Virus record (IMG/VR): IMGVR_UViG_3300049215_000772
Coordinates: 64,001 to 128,000 of that record
Length of the DNA: 64,000 nucleotides
Strand: one strand, 5' to 3'
DNA from: a virus
Lineage: Duplodnaviria; Heunggongvirae; Uroviricota; Caudoviricetes
The position numbers and the translations under genes are program-made. This document shows, in pieces, positions 1 through 8,353 of this stretch (position 1 is the first letter of the stretch; every line of letters begins with the position of its first letter). The notes under the pieces are model-generated. The model ran no database searches and was not told the origin of the DNA. It saw only the letters and a list, made by a program, of their open reading frames with translations.

Positions 1-628
1 GATCATCAAGGCGCTGGGGTTGCACTTCGAGGAAGACAACGAAGCCGACAGTAAAGTTGCTACGGCACTTCTGGTTGGCATCATCACCGACACCGAGTAT
101 CAAACTTCAGACGACACGACGGAATACGAACACGACGCCTACAGGGAGTTGTTTGAGTTCCGTAACTCCACAGCCCTGAAGCAGATCATTCGGTACAAAC
201 ATCCGAAGGAATGGGTAGAGGCCCGTTCCCGTGTCGCTATGAAGGCTCATGACCGCATCAAAGATGGTATCTTGATCCACGGCATCGGTTTTATTGACGC
301 CGGCAACCGTGACTTGGTTGCCGCCGTCGCCGATGAGATGCTGTCCTGGGAGAACGTCGAAACAGCCGTCGCCTTCGCCGTCATTGATGGGAATCGTATC
401 GAGGGGTCTGTTCGTTCCGGTAACGCCGCCATCGCTGTGCCCACGCTTTGCAAGGAATTGGGCGGGCAGTATGGTGGTGGAGGCGGCAAACTGAACAAGG
501 GGGCGTACTACTACAACCTGGGTAGCATGGCCTTGGACGCCGAGATGGACGAGTCCACCAAGGAAAAAATGTGGGAGTTCATCAACGACCGTGAAACGAA
601 GCGACTCTACAAGGCCATCAGGAAATGA
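1..628 (+). CDS. DHH/DHHA1 family phosphoesterase (NrnA/GdpP-like), 5'-truncated by window edge
   Basis: GIITDT motif, GSVRS and GGGGG DHHA1 C-terminal motifs; the reading frame is open to the window start. Confidence 0.85.
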   Translation, partial: IIKALGLHFEEDNEADSKVATALLVGIITDTEYQTSDDTTEYEHDAYRELFEFRNSTALKQIIRYKHPKEWVEARSRVAMKAHDRIKDGILIHGIGFIDAGNRDLVAAVADEMLSWENVETAVAFAVIDGNRIEGSVRSGNAAIAVPTLCKELGGQYGGGGGKLNKGAYYYNLGSMALDAEMDESTKEKMWEFINDRETKRLYKAIRK

Positions 629-1011
629 CGAAAGCCGAGTTCGAGCGAGCCGTCAGACTTAGAGAAGAACCCCTTCTTTGTGAAGCGTTGTACTGGTTAG
701 TTGGCGAGTTGTACGATCACATTCACAAGAAACGACAGCCAACCATCGACCGGGACGACTGGCTTCAGGAAGGGGTTCTTCTTTGCTACGAGAGGTTGAA
801 TAGGCATCCGATGCCCTGGGGTTTCTTCCCTGAAATCTACGACCCATTCCCAATGGGTGCAGAAGTCAAATCATATGAACAAACCAACTTGTTCAGGATG
901 TTTACCACCATTCTTGCCGGGCATTTCCAACAGATAACCAGGAAGCCGAAAAACTACAACCATTTGAAGGCGAAGTACAAGTCTTTCCTCAAGAATCGCA
1001 CTTCCCCGTAG
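625..1011 (+). CDS. T4 gp55-like late sigma factor (short)
   Basis: DRDDWLQEGVLLCYERL...NLFRMFTTIL..HFQQI parallels the gp55 pattern REDMISDGIENCL...NPFAYFTQI..AFLRRI. Confidence 0.55.
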   Translation: MTKAEFERAVRLREEPLLCEALYWLVGELYDHIHKKRQPTIDRDDWLQEGVLLCYERLNRHPMPWGFFPEIYDPFPMGAEVKSYEQTNLFRMFTTILAGHFQQITRKPKNYNHLKAKYKSFLKNRTSP

Positions 1012-1327
1012 AGATCGTCGGCAGCAGGCCCGGCGTCCACGTCTGTCCGTAAAATCGACGAAACTCGTCATCCGTCATTTCAGGACCGAGTTTTCTCGAA
1101 TCCATGCCATGTTTCTTGTACCAATTCACTACGTCATCAGCCGCATGAGTTTTCATATCATCATCGGTGATCGGGCGCAGTTCATAGGTGCTGCCTTCTT
1201 CTGAGCCATTTAACGGGCTGGTCGTCATATCCATGTAGTTGCCCATATCGTACTTCACGGGTGGCGGTACGCCATCTGTGTAGGGCTTGCCATTGATCTG
1301 ATCCCAAAACTGCAAGAAACTTTTCAC
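989..1327 (-). CDS. hypothetical protein with MKSFLQFW N-terminus (capsid-targeting-like)
   Basis: 112-aa ORF, GTG start preceded by GAGGAG. Confidence 0.6.
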   Translation of the reverse strand: MKSFLQFWDQINGKPYTDGVPPPVKYDMGNYMDMTTSPLNGSEEGSTYELRPITDDDMKTHAADDVVNWYKKHGMDSRKLGPEMTDDEFRRFYGQTWTPGLLPTISTGKCDS

Positions 1328-1345
1328 TTCTACTCCTCTATCTTC

Positions 1346-1549
1346 ATGTCAGCACCAAAATCTTTCATCATTAGATGTCTCAAGTGCCGGTGGGCGGAAA
1401 CCACCACTGGTATATCTAGTGATTTGACGCACTTGAATGAGATCAAGCAAAGTTGTCAAAACTGCGGCAAGCCGAGGGAGTTCAAATGTCCTCGCTGTGG
1501 CAGGGCAGCCAAGATGCTTCGTATCAAAGGAGGGCAAGCAAACCCATGA
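1346..1549 (+). CDS. small zinc-ribbon protein
   Basis: three CxxC pairs in 67 aa; ATGA overlap with the next gene. Confidence 0.7.
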   Translation: MSAPKSFIIRCLKCRWAETTTGISSDLTHLNEIKQSCQNCGKPREFKCPRCGRAAKMLRIKGGQANP

Positions 1550-2754
1550 GAATCTTCAAGGGTCGCCCATTTAACCCAGGCGACAAGAAGCCGATTGAAG
1601 TTGAAGAACAGATGGAGGACGTTAAGTTCAACGTCTACAAGTTCAACGCCAGGCGCAAGCCAGATGACAAAAAACAAATCATCGTTATCACCAATTTCTC
1701 GGAGTTCGGTTGCGAGTCTATTGCCTTGATGTACTGTATCCCTCGCATCCTCAAGATGTATCCGGGTGCCTATTTCATCGGCGTTGGTTGGTATGGACGT
1801 GAATATCTCTACCGTCATCTGGTTGATGAGTTTTGGGAGATCAAGGAGGAACATCAGTGGCTTCGTGAATACTCCCGTGCCTTCTCTCACGAAAGCAAGA
1901 ACCTTGCCAGGATTGAGAAGAACCTCGCCAGTTTCGGCCAGGTACTCTCCGGTGCCTACTTTGGCCACATCTGCCTGGGGAACACTTGTAGGAAGTGTAA
2001 GCATTTTTGGGGCGATGAACACTACGTTCCACGCTGCGTCGAGTGTGGTTCTACCGACGTTGAACGATCTTTGTTTGGTGATATTCCGCACTACCGGCAG
2101 GAAGCCGTCAACATTCCGAAGCCCGGACATGCCATGATCGAGAAGGCGAAAACCTACATCAACCAGAGCAAGTGCAGGACTTCTTCCGGTGATAAATGCG
2201 TTGGTATCTTCGCCCGTGGGCGGCAGTGCTACGGTCGGAACCTCCCACCAGAGTTCTACAGCAAGTTGATTGACCGTCTGGATATGTGGGGCTACAAGGT
2301 TATTTGGCTGGGGGAGAAGCAAAGTACGATCCCTGTGCCAGAAAATCACAGGGATCACGTTTTCGACTTCAGCCGTGACCCAGCCTCTCGTGACCTGGAG
2401 TTGACGCTGGCCCTCATCAGTCAGTGTGCTTTCACGGTCCAGTTCTGGACAGCCAGCACGAGGTTGGCGGCGATGATGGATGTACCGTGGATTTTGTTTG
2501 AAAGTCCCGACCAGATTGTTGGCCAGGGTCAGGAAGGAATGCGGATTGCGCTGACAACAGCGGAAAACAAGAAGAAGTTGATCTTGGCTCATTACCTCAA
2601 TGTGTTGAATGACCACGAGGGAGCGCTGGGATTGTTGGAAACTGCCGTGAAGGAGATGTGGCAGAACAAATGGGGCGATATTGTGGGCATGGTTGAGAAT
2701 GTTGACTTGGTGAAATCCATGCTTCAGAAAAAAATTGAGTGGGGGAGCAGGTGA
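1546..2754 (+). CDS. GT-B glycosyltransferase, GT9/heptosyltransferase-like, with CxxC..CxxC insert
   Basis: start moved to ATG 1546 (ATGA overlap); GCESIALMYCIPRI, VIWLGE, LELTLALISQCAFTV..TASTRLAAMMDVPWILF resemble GT9 motifs. Confidence 0.6.
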   Translation: MRIFKGRPFNPGDKKPIEVEEQMEDVKFNVYKFNARRKPDDKKQIIVITNFSEFGCESIALMYCIPRILKMYPGAYFIGVGWYGREYLYRHLVDEFWEIKEEHQWLREYSRAFSHESKNLARIEKNLASFGQVLSGAYFGHICLGNTCRKCKHFWGDEHYVPRCVECGSTDVERSLFGDIPHYRQEAVNIPKPGHAMIEKAKTYINQSKCRTSSGDKCVGIFARGRQCYGRNLPPEFYSKLIDRLDMWGYKVIWLGEKQSTIPVPENHRDHVFDFSRDPASRDLELTLALISQCAFTVQFWTASTRLAAMMDVPWILFESPDQIVGQGQEGMRIALTTAENKKKLILAHYLNVLNDHEGALGLLETAVKEMWQNKWGDIVGMVENVDLVKSMLQKKIEWGSR

Positions 2755-3890
2755 ACGTATCGGAATTTCTCAAACGAACAGCAGAACGAAATGGCTTCTT
2801 GCGTGAACGCTACGAGGAGCGGCGGGTCACTACGGACACAGAAAACATCACGGTGATGCCGTTTTTTGGCGACTATCGCAGTACGTTTTTGCTGTCTAGT
2901 TGGTTTCTGCATCGTTTCAAGGAGCAGCAGAAGGTAGGCAAATACTTCATTTTCGTTTCCTGGCCAGGCTTTCAAAGTTTCTTCCCCTATGTTGATGAAT
3001 ACTGGTCTTTGTCCGAGGAATCCCAGGTCAAGAAAATGTGGCTGGGAGCAGATGGTTTTCGCAACCGTTCCGATCTGGCAACCATCTACCAACGCAACTT
3101 GTATGAATACTTCAGGGATGTTGTTGATTGGCGCACAGTGGTCGAGCCTTACTACTACGGCGGTATCACACAGCAGTTTTGGGATACCTACAAGAACTTG
3201 AGGGTGTTTCTGCCGCACATCCCGTCCAGTGCTATTTTGGGGCGAGAATTAAACAAGGATTTGGCTACCAAGGCCGGGTACAAAGTGTTCATTCATCCGT
3301 TGCAGTTTTGCCAATCTTGGAGGAACGGCAAAAACGAAAATCAGTCGCTCAAGAAGGAGTTTTGGGCTGAGTTGGTGAAGCGACTGAGAAAGGATGGGTT
3401 TGTGCCTGTTGTGTGGCAAACGCAAATTACCCATGATTTGTCGGCAGAATTTACCAACGAGTGCTTATACATAAGTGACAAGGATGTTAGCAAGGTGTTA
3501 TCAACAATGCGAGCTTGCGGCTGTGTTCTCGACTTGTTCGGGGGTTTGTCGAGGCTTGCGATAGCTGCCAGATGTCCGTATCTGGCGCTAGATGAGAGGA
3601 GTCGGTATGCCGGCCTGAAGGAGCAGGAGGTAGACGACTTGTGCGGAAAAGAAGTGCCGAAGTCGTATATTTTTACGTTTAGCACTATTATATCTGACGG
3701 CACGGCACATAGTTGGAACGAAACTTTGTTCAACAACATCACGAACAGGTTGAATTCCTTCTTGCCTGGATTGAACCGTGATGACTGGCCTTCTACGGGC
3801 GAATCGAATGAGATCGTCTTGTACGATAGTGTGCGGAAAACCAAGAACAAGAAAATAGGAGCAAGGCTCCTAAAAGTCATGAGAGATTGA
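2739..3890 (+). CDS. second GT9-like glycosyltransferase paralogue
   Basis: FFGDY, VFIHP, LSTMRACGCVLDLFGGLSRLAIAARCPYLAL. Confidence 0.55.
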   Translation: MGEQVNVSEFLKRTAERNGFLRERYEERRVTTDTENITVMPFFGDYRSTFLLSSWFLHRFKEQQKVGKYFIFVSWPGFQSFFPYVDEYWSLSEESQVKKMWLGADGFRNRSDLATIYQRNLYEYFRDVVDWRTVVEPYYYGGITQQFWDTYKNLRVFLPHIPSSAILGRELNKDLATKAGYKVFIHPLQFCQSWRNGKNENQSLKKEFWAELVKRLRKDGFVPVVWQTQITHDLSAEFTNECLYISDKDVSKVLSTMRACGCVLDLFGGLSRLAIAARCPYLALDERSRYAGLKEQEVDDLCGKEVPKSYIFTFSTIISDGTAHSWNETLFNNITNRLNSFLPGLNRDDWPSTGESNEIVLYDSVRKTKNKKIGARLLKVMRD

Positions 3891-3900
3891 GGACGCAGCA

Positions 3901-4161
3901 ATGTCTGTTGCAAGAGCTAGGGTAGAACTCAAAGATGTATCACCCCACGCCTCCTATCAGGAGCGTGAAACTGCTTTCAGGAAAATGCTAACTGCTTTCA
4001 AGAAAGCAAGGGCTGAGGCGGGCATAGACCACGCCTACAAGCAGCATGAACACTACGAGAGCAAGGGCGTCAAGAAACGCAGAAAGCGAAGGGAGTCAGA
4101 AGTTCAACGCCTCAAGGCCAAGTTGAAAGAAAATTTCCCTGAACGCAAGAAGAGGGACTGA
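3901..4161 (+). CDS. rpsU: ribosomal protein bS21 homologue
   Basis: FRKMLTAFKKARAEAGIDHAYKQHEHYESKGVKKRRKRRE matches the S21 pattern (FKR..EKAG....R..EFYEKP...RKR). Confidence 0.8.
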   Translation: MSVARARVELKDVSPHASYQERETAFRKMLTAFKKARAEAGIDHAYKQHEHYESKGVKKRRKRRESEVQRLKAKLKENFPERKKRD

Positions 4162-4163
4162 AT

Positions 4164-4424
4164 ATGAAGAAATCCAACATCATGAGCCTGTCCGTAGAAC
4201 CGGAGATGCAGGAACATCTGAAGAAGGTTGCCAAGAAGAAGGGAGAATCTGTCTCCAAGCTGGTGCGTGACCTAATCCAGAAGTATCTTCCTGACGATGA
4301 CGGCACGGAGCAGGTGGACACAGTAATCTTGAAGATTCCAAGGGATTTGCGACAGCACCCGGAGGAACTGAAGAAGTGGATGGATGTTCGCATTGCGGGT
4401 GTTGTGAAGGCGTTGTCGTCCTGA
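4164..4424 (+). CDS. ribbon-helix-helix (CopG/Arc-like) DNA-binding protein
   Basis: IMSLSVEPEMQEHLKKVAKKKGESVSKLVRDLIQKYL. Confidence 0.75.
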   Translation: MKKSNIMSLSVEPEMQEHLKKVAKKKGESVSKLVRDLIQKYLPDDDGTEQVDTVILKIPRDLRQHPEELKKWMDVRIAGVVKALSS

Positions 4425-4436
4425 TACAATATCCAC

Positions 4437-4946
4437 ATGAAGAAGAACCAGCCGCCGCTCAAGATCGTTCCCATCGAAGACATCCCCAAAGCAGGCGATG
4501 TTCCTACCGAAAATCTCATCGACGTGTTCCGAATCTGCACGCAGATGGAGAAGATTTGTACCGACAACGACGGCATTGGCTTATCTGCCGTACAGGTCGG
4601 CATCCCCTGGAAGTTGTTCATCGTGTTGCACGACGAAAAAAAGAAGGGGTATTACTACAAGTATCTTCTGAACTGCGAATACGCCGGCCACGGCGACAAG
4701 GGCAAGTCTATTGAGGGCTGCCTTTCTCTACGCAATAGTGAAGGAAACTTGCGCCGGTTCGAGGTAAGTCGTTTTCCGAACGTGATCGTTACCGGCAAGG
4801 AACTGGCCATTACAGACAAGGGTTTGGAACTCAAGGACTTGAAGATAGCCCTGGATGGGCTGTATAGTATTGTGTACCAACACGAGATCGACCATCAGAA
4901 CGGCATATTGATTTCAGACATTGGCGTTGAGGTCGAACTCTACTAG
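4437..4946 (+). CDS. def: peptide deformylase
   Basis: all three motifs: GIGLSAVQ, EGCLS, HEIDH. Confidence 0.95.
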   Translation: MKKNQPPLKIVPIEDIPKAGDVPTENLIDVFRICTQMEKICTDNDGIGLSAVQVGIPWKLFIVLHDEKKKGYYYKYLLNCEYAGHGDKGKSIEGCLSLRNSEGNLRRFEVSRFPNVIVTGKELAITDKGLELKDLKIALDGLYSIVYQHEIDHQNGILISDIGVEVELY

Positions 4947-4954
4947 GAGAAATA

Positions 4955-5233
4955 ATGCCACTCAGTAGAAAACAACTACAGGACGTGTGCCTTCTATATG
5001 ATGGCACCTACAAGAAGTGCAAGTATTTGGCTCAGGACGACAATGACTGGAGCAAATACTACTGCTTGAAGAAGTCGCCCAAGAAGTCAGAAATCGACGT
5101 GGAAACTGACGACTTCATCCGGGAAACCCGCAAGAAAGGAAAAGACCCTCGCAAGGAAAATATCCCCCTGGGGGACAACTGCGAGGGGTATCCTATTCTA
5201 AAATATATAAACCAAGGCTATGACGCCCCATAA
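4955..5233 (+). CDS. hypothetical Cys-containing protein
   Basis: 92-aa ORF with RBS (AGGAG), overlapping the next start. Confidence 0.7.
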   Translation: MPLSRKQLQDVCLLYDGTYKKCKYLAQDDNDWSKYYCLKKSPKKSEIDVETDDFIRETRKKGKDPRKENIPLGDNCEGYPILKYINQGYDAP

Positions 5234-5697
5234 TGCCACACAAAGACCCACAAGCCAAGGCCGAGTACGCCCGCCAATACCGTGCTGCCAACCGAGAGAA
5301 GATAAGGGAGAACAGCAAGCGGTACTGGCAAAAGAACAAGGCAAGGTGTGCTGCCGCTAACCTGAAGTATCGCAGTGAAAACCAGGATAGAGTGAAAGAA
5401 CTCAATCAACTCTGGTGGGCGGCGAACAAGGATCGGTTGGTTGCCGAGAAGTACGGCCTTACGTTGGAAGAATACCAACAGATGCTTGATGCGACCGAAG
5501 GCAAGTGTCCGATATGTAGCGTCGAGTTAGTTTTCGAGGGTAAGTCGGCGGCACGAGCCTGCGTAGACCACGATCATGCGACCGGCAAAATACGAGGCAT
5601 CGTATGCAGCCGGTGCAACTTGTTGATTGGCAAGGCGAAGGATGATGCGGCCCTGTTGATGAGAGCCGCAGAATACTTGATGGCAGACAAGCCCTGA
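5233..5697 (+). CDS. endonuclease VII-type HNH nuclease (probable free-standing homing endonuclease)
   Basis: CPIC...VDHDHATGKIRGIVCSRCNLLIG plus basic N-terminal repeats. Confidence 0.9.
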   Translation: MPHKDPQAKAEYARQYRAANREKIRENSKRYWQKNKARCAAANLKYRSENQDRVKELNQLWWAANKDRLVAEKYGLTLEEYQQMLDATEGKCPICSVELVFEGKSAARACVDHDHATGKIRGIVCSRCNLLIGKAKDDAALLMRAAEYLMADKP

Positions 5698-5740
5698 TCG
5701 TATTGGAAATCCAACGAATTCCGTTGGATTTCCAATACGA
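5698..5740. repeat. 19-bp perfect inverted repeat between convergent genes (probable bidirectional terminator)
   Basis: TCGTATTGGAAATCCAACG-AATTC-CGTTGGATTTCCAATACGA. Confidence 0.8.
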
Positions 5741-5747
5741 GTGGGGC

Positions 5748-6260
5748 TTACTTCATCATCCCCAATATCTGCTTGTGCTTCGTGAGCAGGTGGTAAACAT
5801 GGGCTTCGGAGTCGGTGTTCATGGCTGCCCGCAGGACGTTATCTTGAAGGGTCAGATCGCCCGACCGAGCAACTTCAGCGGCCATAATATCTGCCGACTT
5901 CTCGGCCTTGACTGCCCTGCCGTGGAAGTAATACAGCAACATGCCAACCACGCCTAGCCCGAATACGAGGATCAAGGCACCATCTCCCTGTAGAATCTGG
6001 ACGCCGCTGTTTTCATTCCGGGAGACGGCGGCGTTCAGGTTTAACATGCCGTTCTGTACTTCTTTCAACTGGCTATTCTGAATCTCGGCGCTCTGCTTCA
6101 ATTTGAGCATATCCAGCATCACGCCGTTCTGATTGTTTTTGATTTCGTCGATCTTACCGTTCTGGTTGTCGATTTTGTTGTTCAGGCGGGGGTTGAGGTC
6201 CGCACAGCCTGTGACTAGAAGACACAGGCCGACCACAGCACTCAGAAAAATCCTTCTCAT
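5748..6260 (-). CDS. lipoprotein with coiled coil and a later transmembrane helix (u-spanin-like topology)
   Basis: start moved to 6260 (GGAGG RBS); signal ending LLVTGC; hydrophobic ALILVFGLGVVGMLLYYF. Confidence 0.65.
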   Translation of the reverse strand: MRRIFLSAVVGLCLLVTGCADLNPRLNNKIDNQNGKIDEIKNNQNGVMLDMLKLKQSAEIQNSQLKEVQNGMLNLNAAVSRNENSGVQILQGDGALILVFGLGVVGMLLYYFHGRAVKAEKSADIMAAEVARSGDLTLQDNVLRAAMNTDSEAHVYHLLTKHKQILGMMK

Positions 6261-6358
6261 ATATCGGCCTCCTTGTGGAGAATCCTCCCAAGTATGTATT
6301 GACCTGGCCCTGTATTTTGATAGCATTGACAATCGGCACATCTTCGGAGGAACCCCCT

Positions 6359-6850
6359 ATGACAGAACCAGCCACTTGGCTAGACGACGAGGATGGCGAG
6401 GAAGAACAGGAATGCGGCACTGGTAACGAAGCGAACTGCGTGTTTGCAACCGGCGTGCGAGTGATTGAGCCGATTGACACCGACATCAAGTCGGAGGACG
6501 TATATCGTGACGCATCCGAACTCGCCAAGCGTCGTATTGACGAGTTTTTCGCCGACAAGCAAATGCACTGCGGCGGCTCGATCCCCAAGCGTCTCCTGCA
6601 CGACCCCCAGCGGGTAAAGTGCGTTGTCAACTACAGCATTAGCAAGGCAGTCACCCGCTGCTATGCGGCGCTCAAACACACGATCACCGATGCGGAGCGA
6701 GCGGCAGCCAGGAAAACGGGTGACTCCACCAGGGACATCAAGCTGGTCAACGAAGCCCTCAAGTTGATGGCACGGTCTTGTGTGCCACAGGAATTTGCTG
6801 GGGGCATGTTGATGATGTATCTGGAATTCGTCGAAGGAGTCGAATTCTGA
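6359..6850 (+). CDS. hypothetical protein
   Basis: GGAGGA upstream of ATG 6359; acidic N-terminus. Confidence 0.7.
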   Translation: MTEPATWLDDEDGEEEQECGTGNEANCVFATGVRVIEPIDTDIKSEDVYRDASELAKRRIDEFFADKQMHCGGSIPKRLLHDPQRVKCVVNYSISKAVTRCYAALKHTITDAERAAARKTGDSTRDIKLVNEALKLMARSCVPQEFAGGMLMMYLEFVEGVEF

Positions 6851-6873
6851 ACCGTGATCTCAGCTTTCTCTCT

Positions 6874-7143
6874 TTGCAATTCGAGACGGTCGAGTTGCCG
6901 AGAGAGAAAGCGTATCTCTACAGGTATTTCAAGACCAAGATGCAGGAAGCCTTCTTGAAGTACATGCACGTTTTCGGTGATCCAACCCACTTCACCGACC
7001 ACACTGGCTTCCGTTGTACCCCTCGCTGGCTTAAAATACTAGAGAAGCGACTCGCCCGCTTGGAAAAATACCATCGAGAGGCGAAACAGAATTTCGATTT
7101 GGAAATCCTTGCCAAGATCGAAACGGGGAGATTCAAAGTATGA
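6874..7143 (+). CDS. hypothetical protein (start uncertain)
   Basis: fills the gap and overlaps the IDO start (ATGA); possible TTG start. Confidence 0.5.
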   Translation: MQFETVELPREKAYLYRYFKTKMQEAFLKYMHVFGDPTHFTDHTGFRCTPRWLKILEKRLARLEKYHREAKQNFDLEILAKIETGRFKV

Positions 7144-8288
7144 CCTGGAACATCAATGACCGTGGATTCCTTCCTCCACAAGACCCAATTGAAACCATCG
7201 TCACCCAAAATCCCAACTACGCTTCGCTTGAAGCTACACTGGAAAACCTCAGTGTTACCCTTCCTTCGCTTGTCGAAGAACGGCGTGTCCGGGAAGAACT
7301 TGTTGCCCAGCTTCGTAACGTCGCTGGCAAATATGATGAGTTGTGGGCAATCCATAATGGGGATGCCTGGGCCGAGCGGGTGATGTTGCTCTATTCCTAC
7401 TTCGCCAGCGCCTATCTCTACGCCAAACATGAGAACCCAGCCACTCGAATCCCCAAGGAAATCGCTATCCCACTCAACAGTATTGCCAAGCGAGTGGGTC
7501 GTCCTCCGATCCTTTCCTACGCTTCTTATTGTTTGACCAACTGGCGGCGTATTGACCCCAACAAACCCATCGAACTCGGCAACATCGAACTCCTTCAGAA
7601 CTTCTCGCAGGAAGCGAAGCGAGATGAGGATTGGTTCATCCTTGTTCATGTTGACATCGAGGCCAAAGCCGCTGATGCCGTCAACGCCATTGACCATTCC
7701 AAGTACATCTTTACCGAAGATGGGTTCGATAACTTTTCTCTCTACCGGATGTTCGAGCGCATCATCAAAAGCCTTCAAGGAATGAATGCCACCCTCGCCC
7801 GTATGCCGGAACAATGCAGCCCGGATGTTTACTACAGGTTGGTTCGTCCCTATATCTTCGGCTTCAAAGGCGTGGAATATGAGGGAGTCGGCAATCTGAC
7901 CCTCCGGGGCGAAACCGGCGCTCAGTCCAGCATCGTACCCATGCTTCTGATCGCCCTGGGGATCAAACATAAGGAATCCCTGCTGACTGTCCACCTGGAC
8001 GACATGCGCAACTACATGCCCCCGAAACACCGTGCGTTTCTCGAAAATCTCGCCGAACGTATGACGAATAACTCTTTGAGGGAGGCCGTGCTGAACAAGG
8101 TTCCAGGCTACCGTGAGGCGTACAACGAGTGCGTGAACCAGTTAATGATCTTCCGATCCATGCACTTTGAGTACGCCGTGAACTACATAGCCAAGAAGGT
8201 GGACAACCCGGAAGGCACGGGTGGAACGCCGTATATTCCTTGGCTGCAACAACTTAAAGACGAAACCTGGGCGCATCTGCTTCCTTGA
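7140..8288 (+). CDS. indoleamine 2,3-dioxygenase family heme protein
   Basis: GFLP, GRPPILSYASYCLTNW, DEDWFILVH, VRPYIFG, GETGAQSS, DMRNYMPPKHRAFL, FRSMH (heme His), GTGGT. Confidence 0.92.
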   Translation: MTWNINDRGFLPPQDPIETIVTQNPNYASLEATLENLSVTLPSLVEERRVREELVAQLRNVAGKYDELWAIHNGDAWAERVMLLYSYFASAYLYAKHENPATRIPKEIAIPLNSIAKRVGRPPILSYASYCLTNWRRIDPNKPIELGNIELLQNFSQEAKRDEDWFILVHVDIEAKAADAVNAIDHSKYIFTEDGFDNFSLYRMFERIIKSLQGMNATLARMPEQCSPDVYYRLVRPYIFGFKGVEYEGVGNLTLRGETGAQSSIVPMLLIALGIKHKESLLTVHLDDMRNYMPPKHRAFLENLAERMTNNSLREAVLNKVPGYREAYNECVNQLMIFRSMHFEYAVNYIAKKVDNPEGTGGTPYIPWLQQLKDETWAHLLP

Positions 8289-8296
8289 CCGGCTAC

Positions 8297-8325
8297 TTTA
8301 CAACCGCCCGAAATTGAAGTATGAT
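8297..8325 (+). promoter_or_regulatory. sigma70-type early promoter
   Basis: TTTACA-17 nt-TATGAT. Confidence 0.75.
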
Positions 8326-8353
8326 TGTCTTGCACGCTGAGGGTGGAGGAAAT

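Noticed and set aside
8183-8189. CTACATA box inside the IDO gene
   Set aside because: Intragenic and about 165 nt from the next start, which has its own early promoter; likely chance
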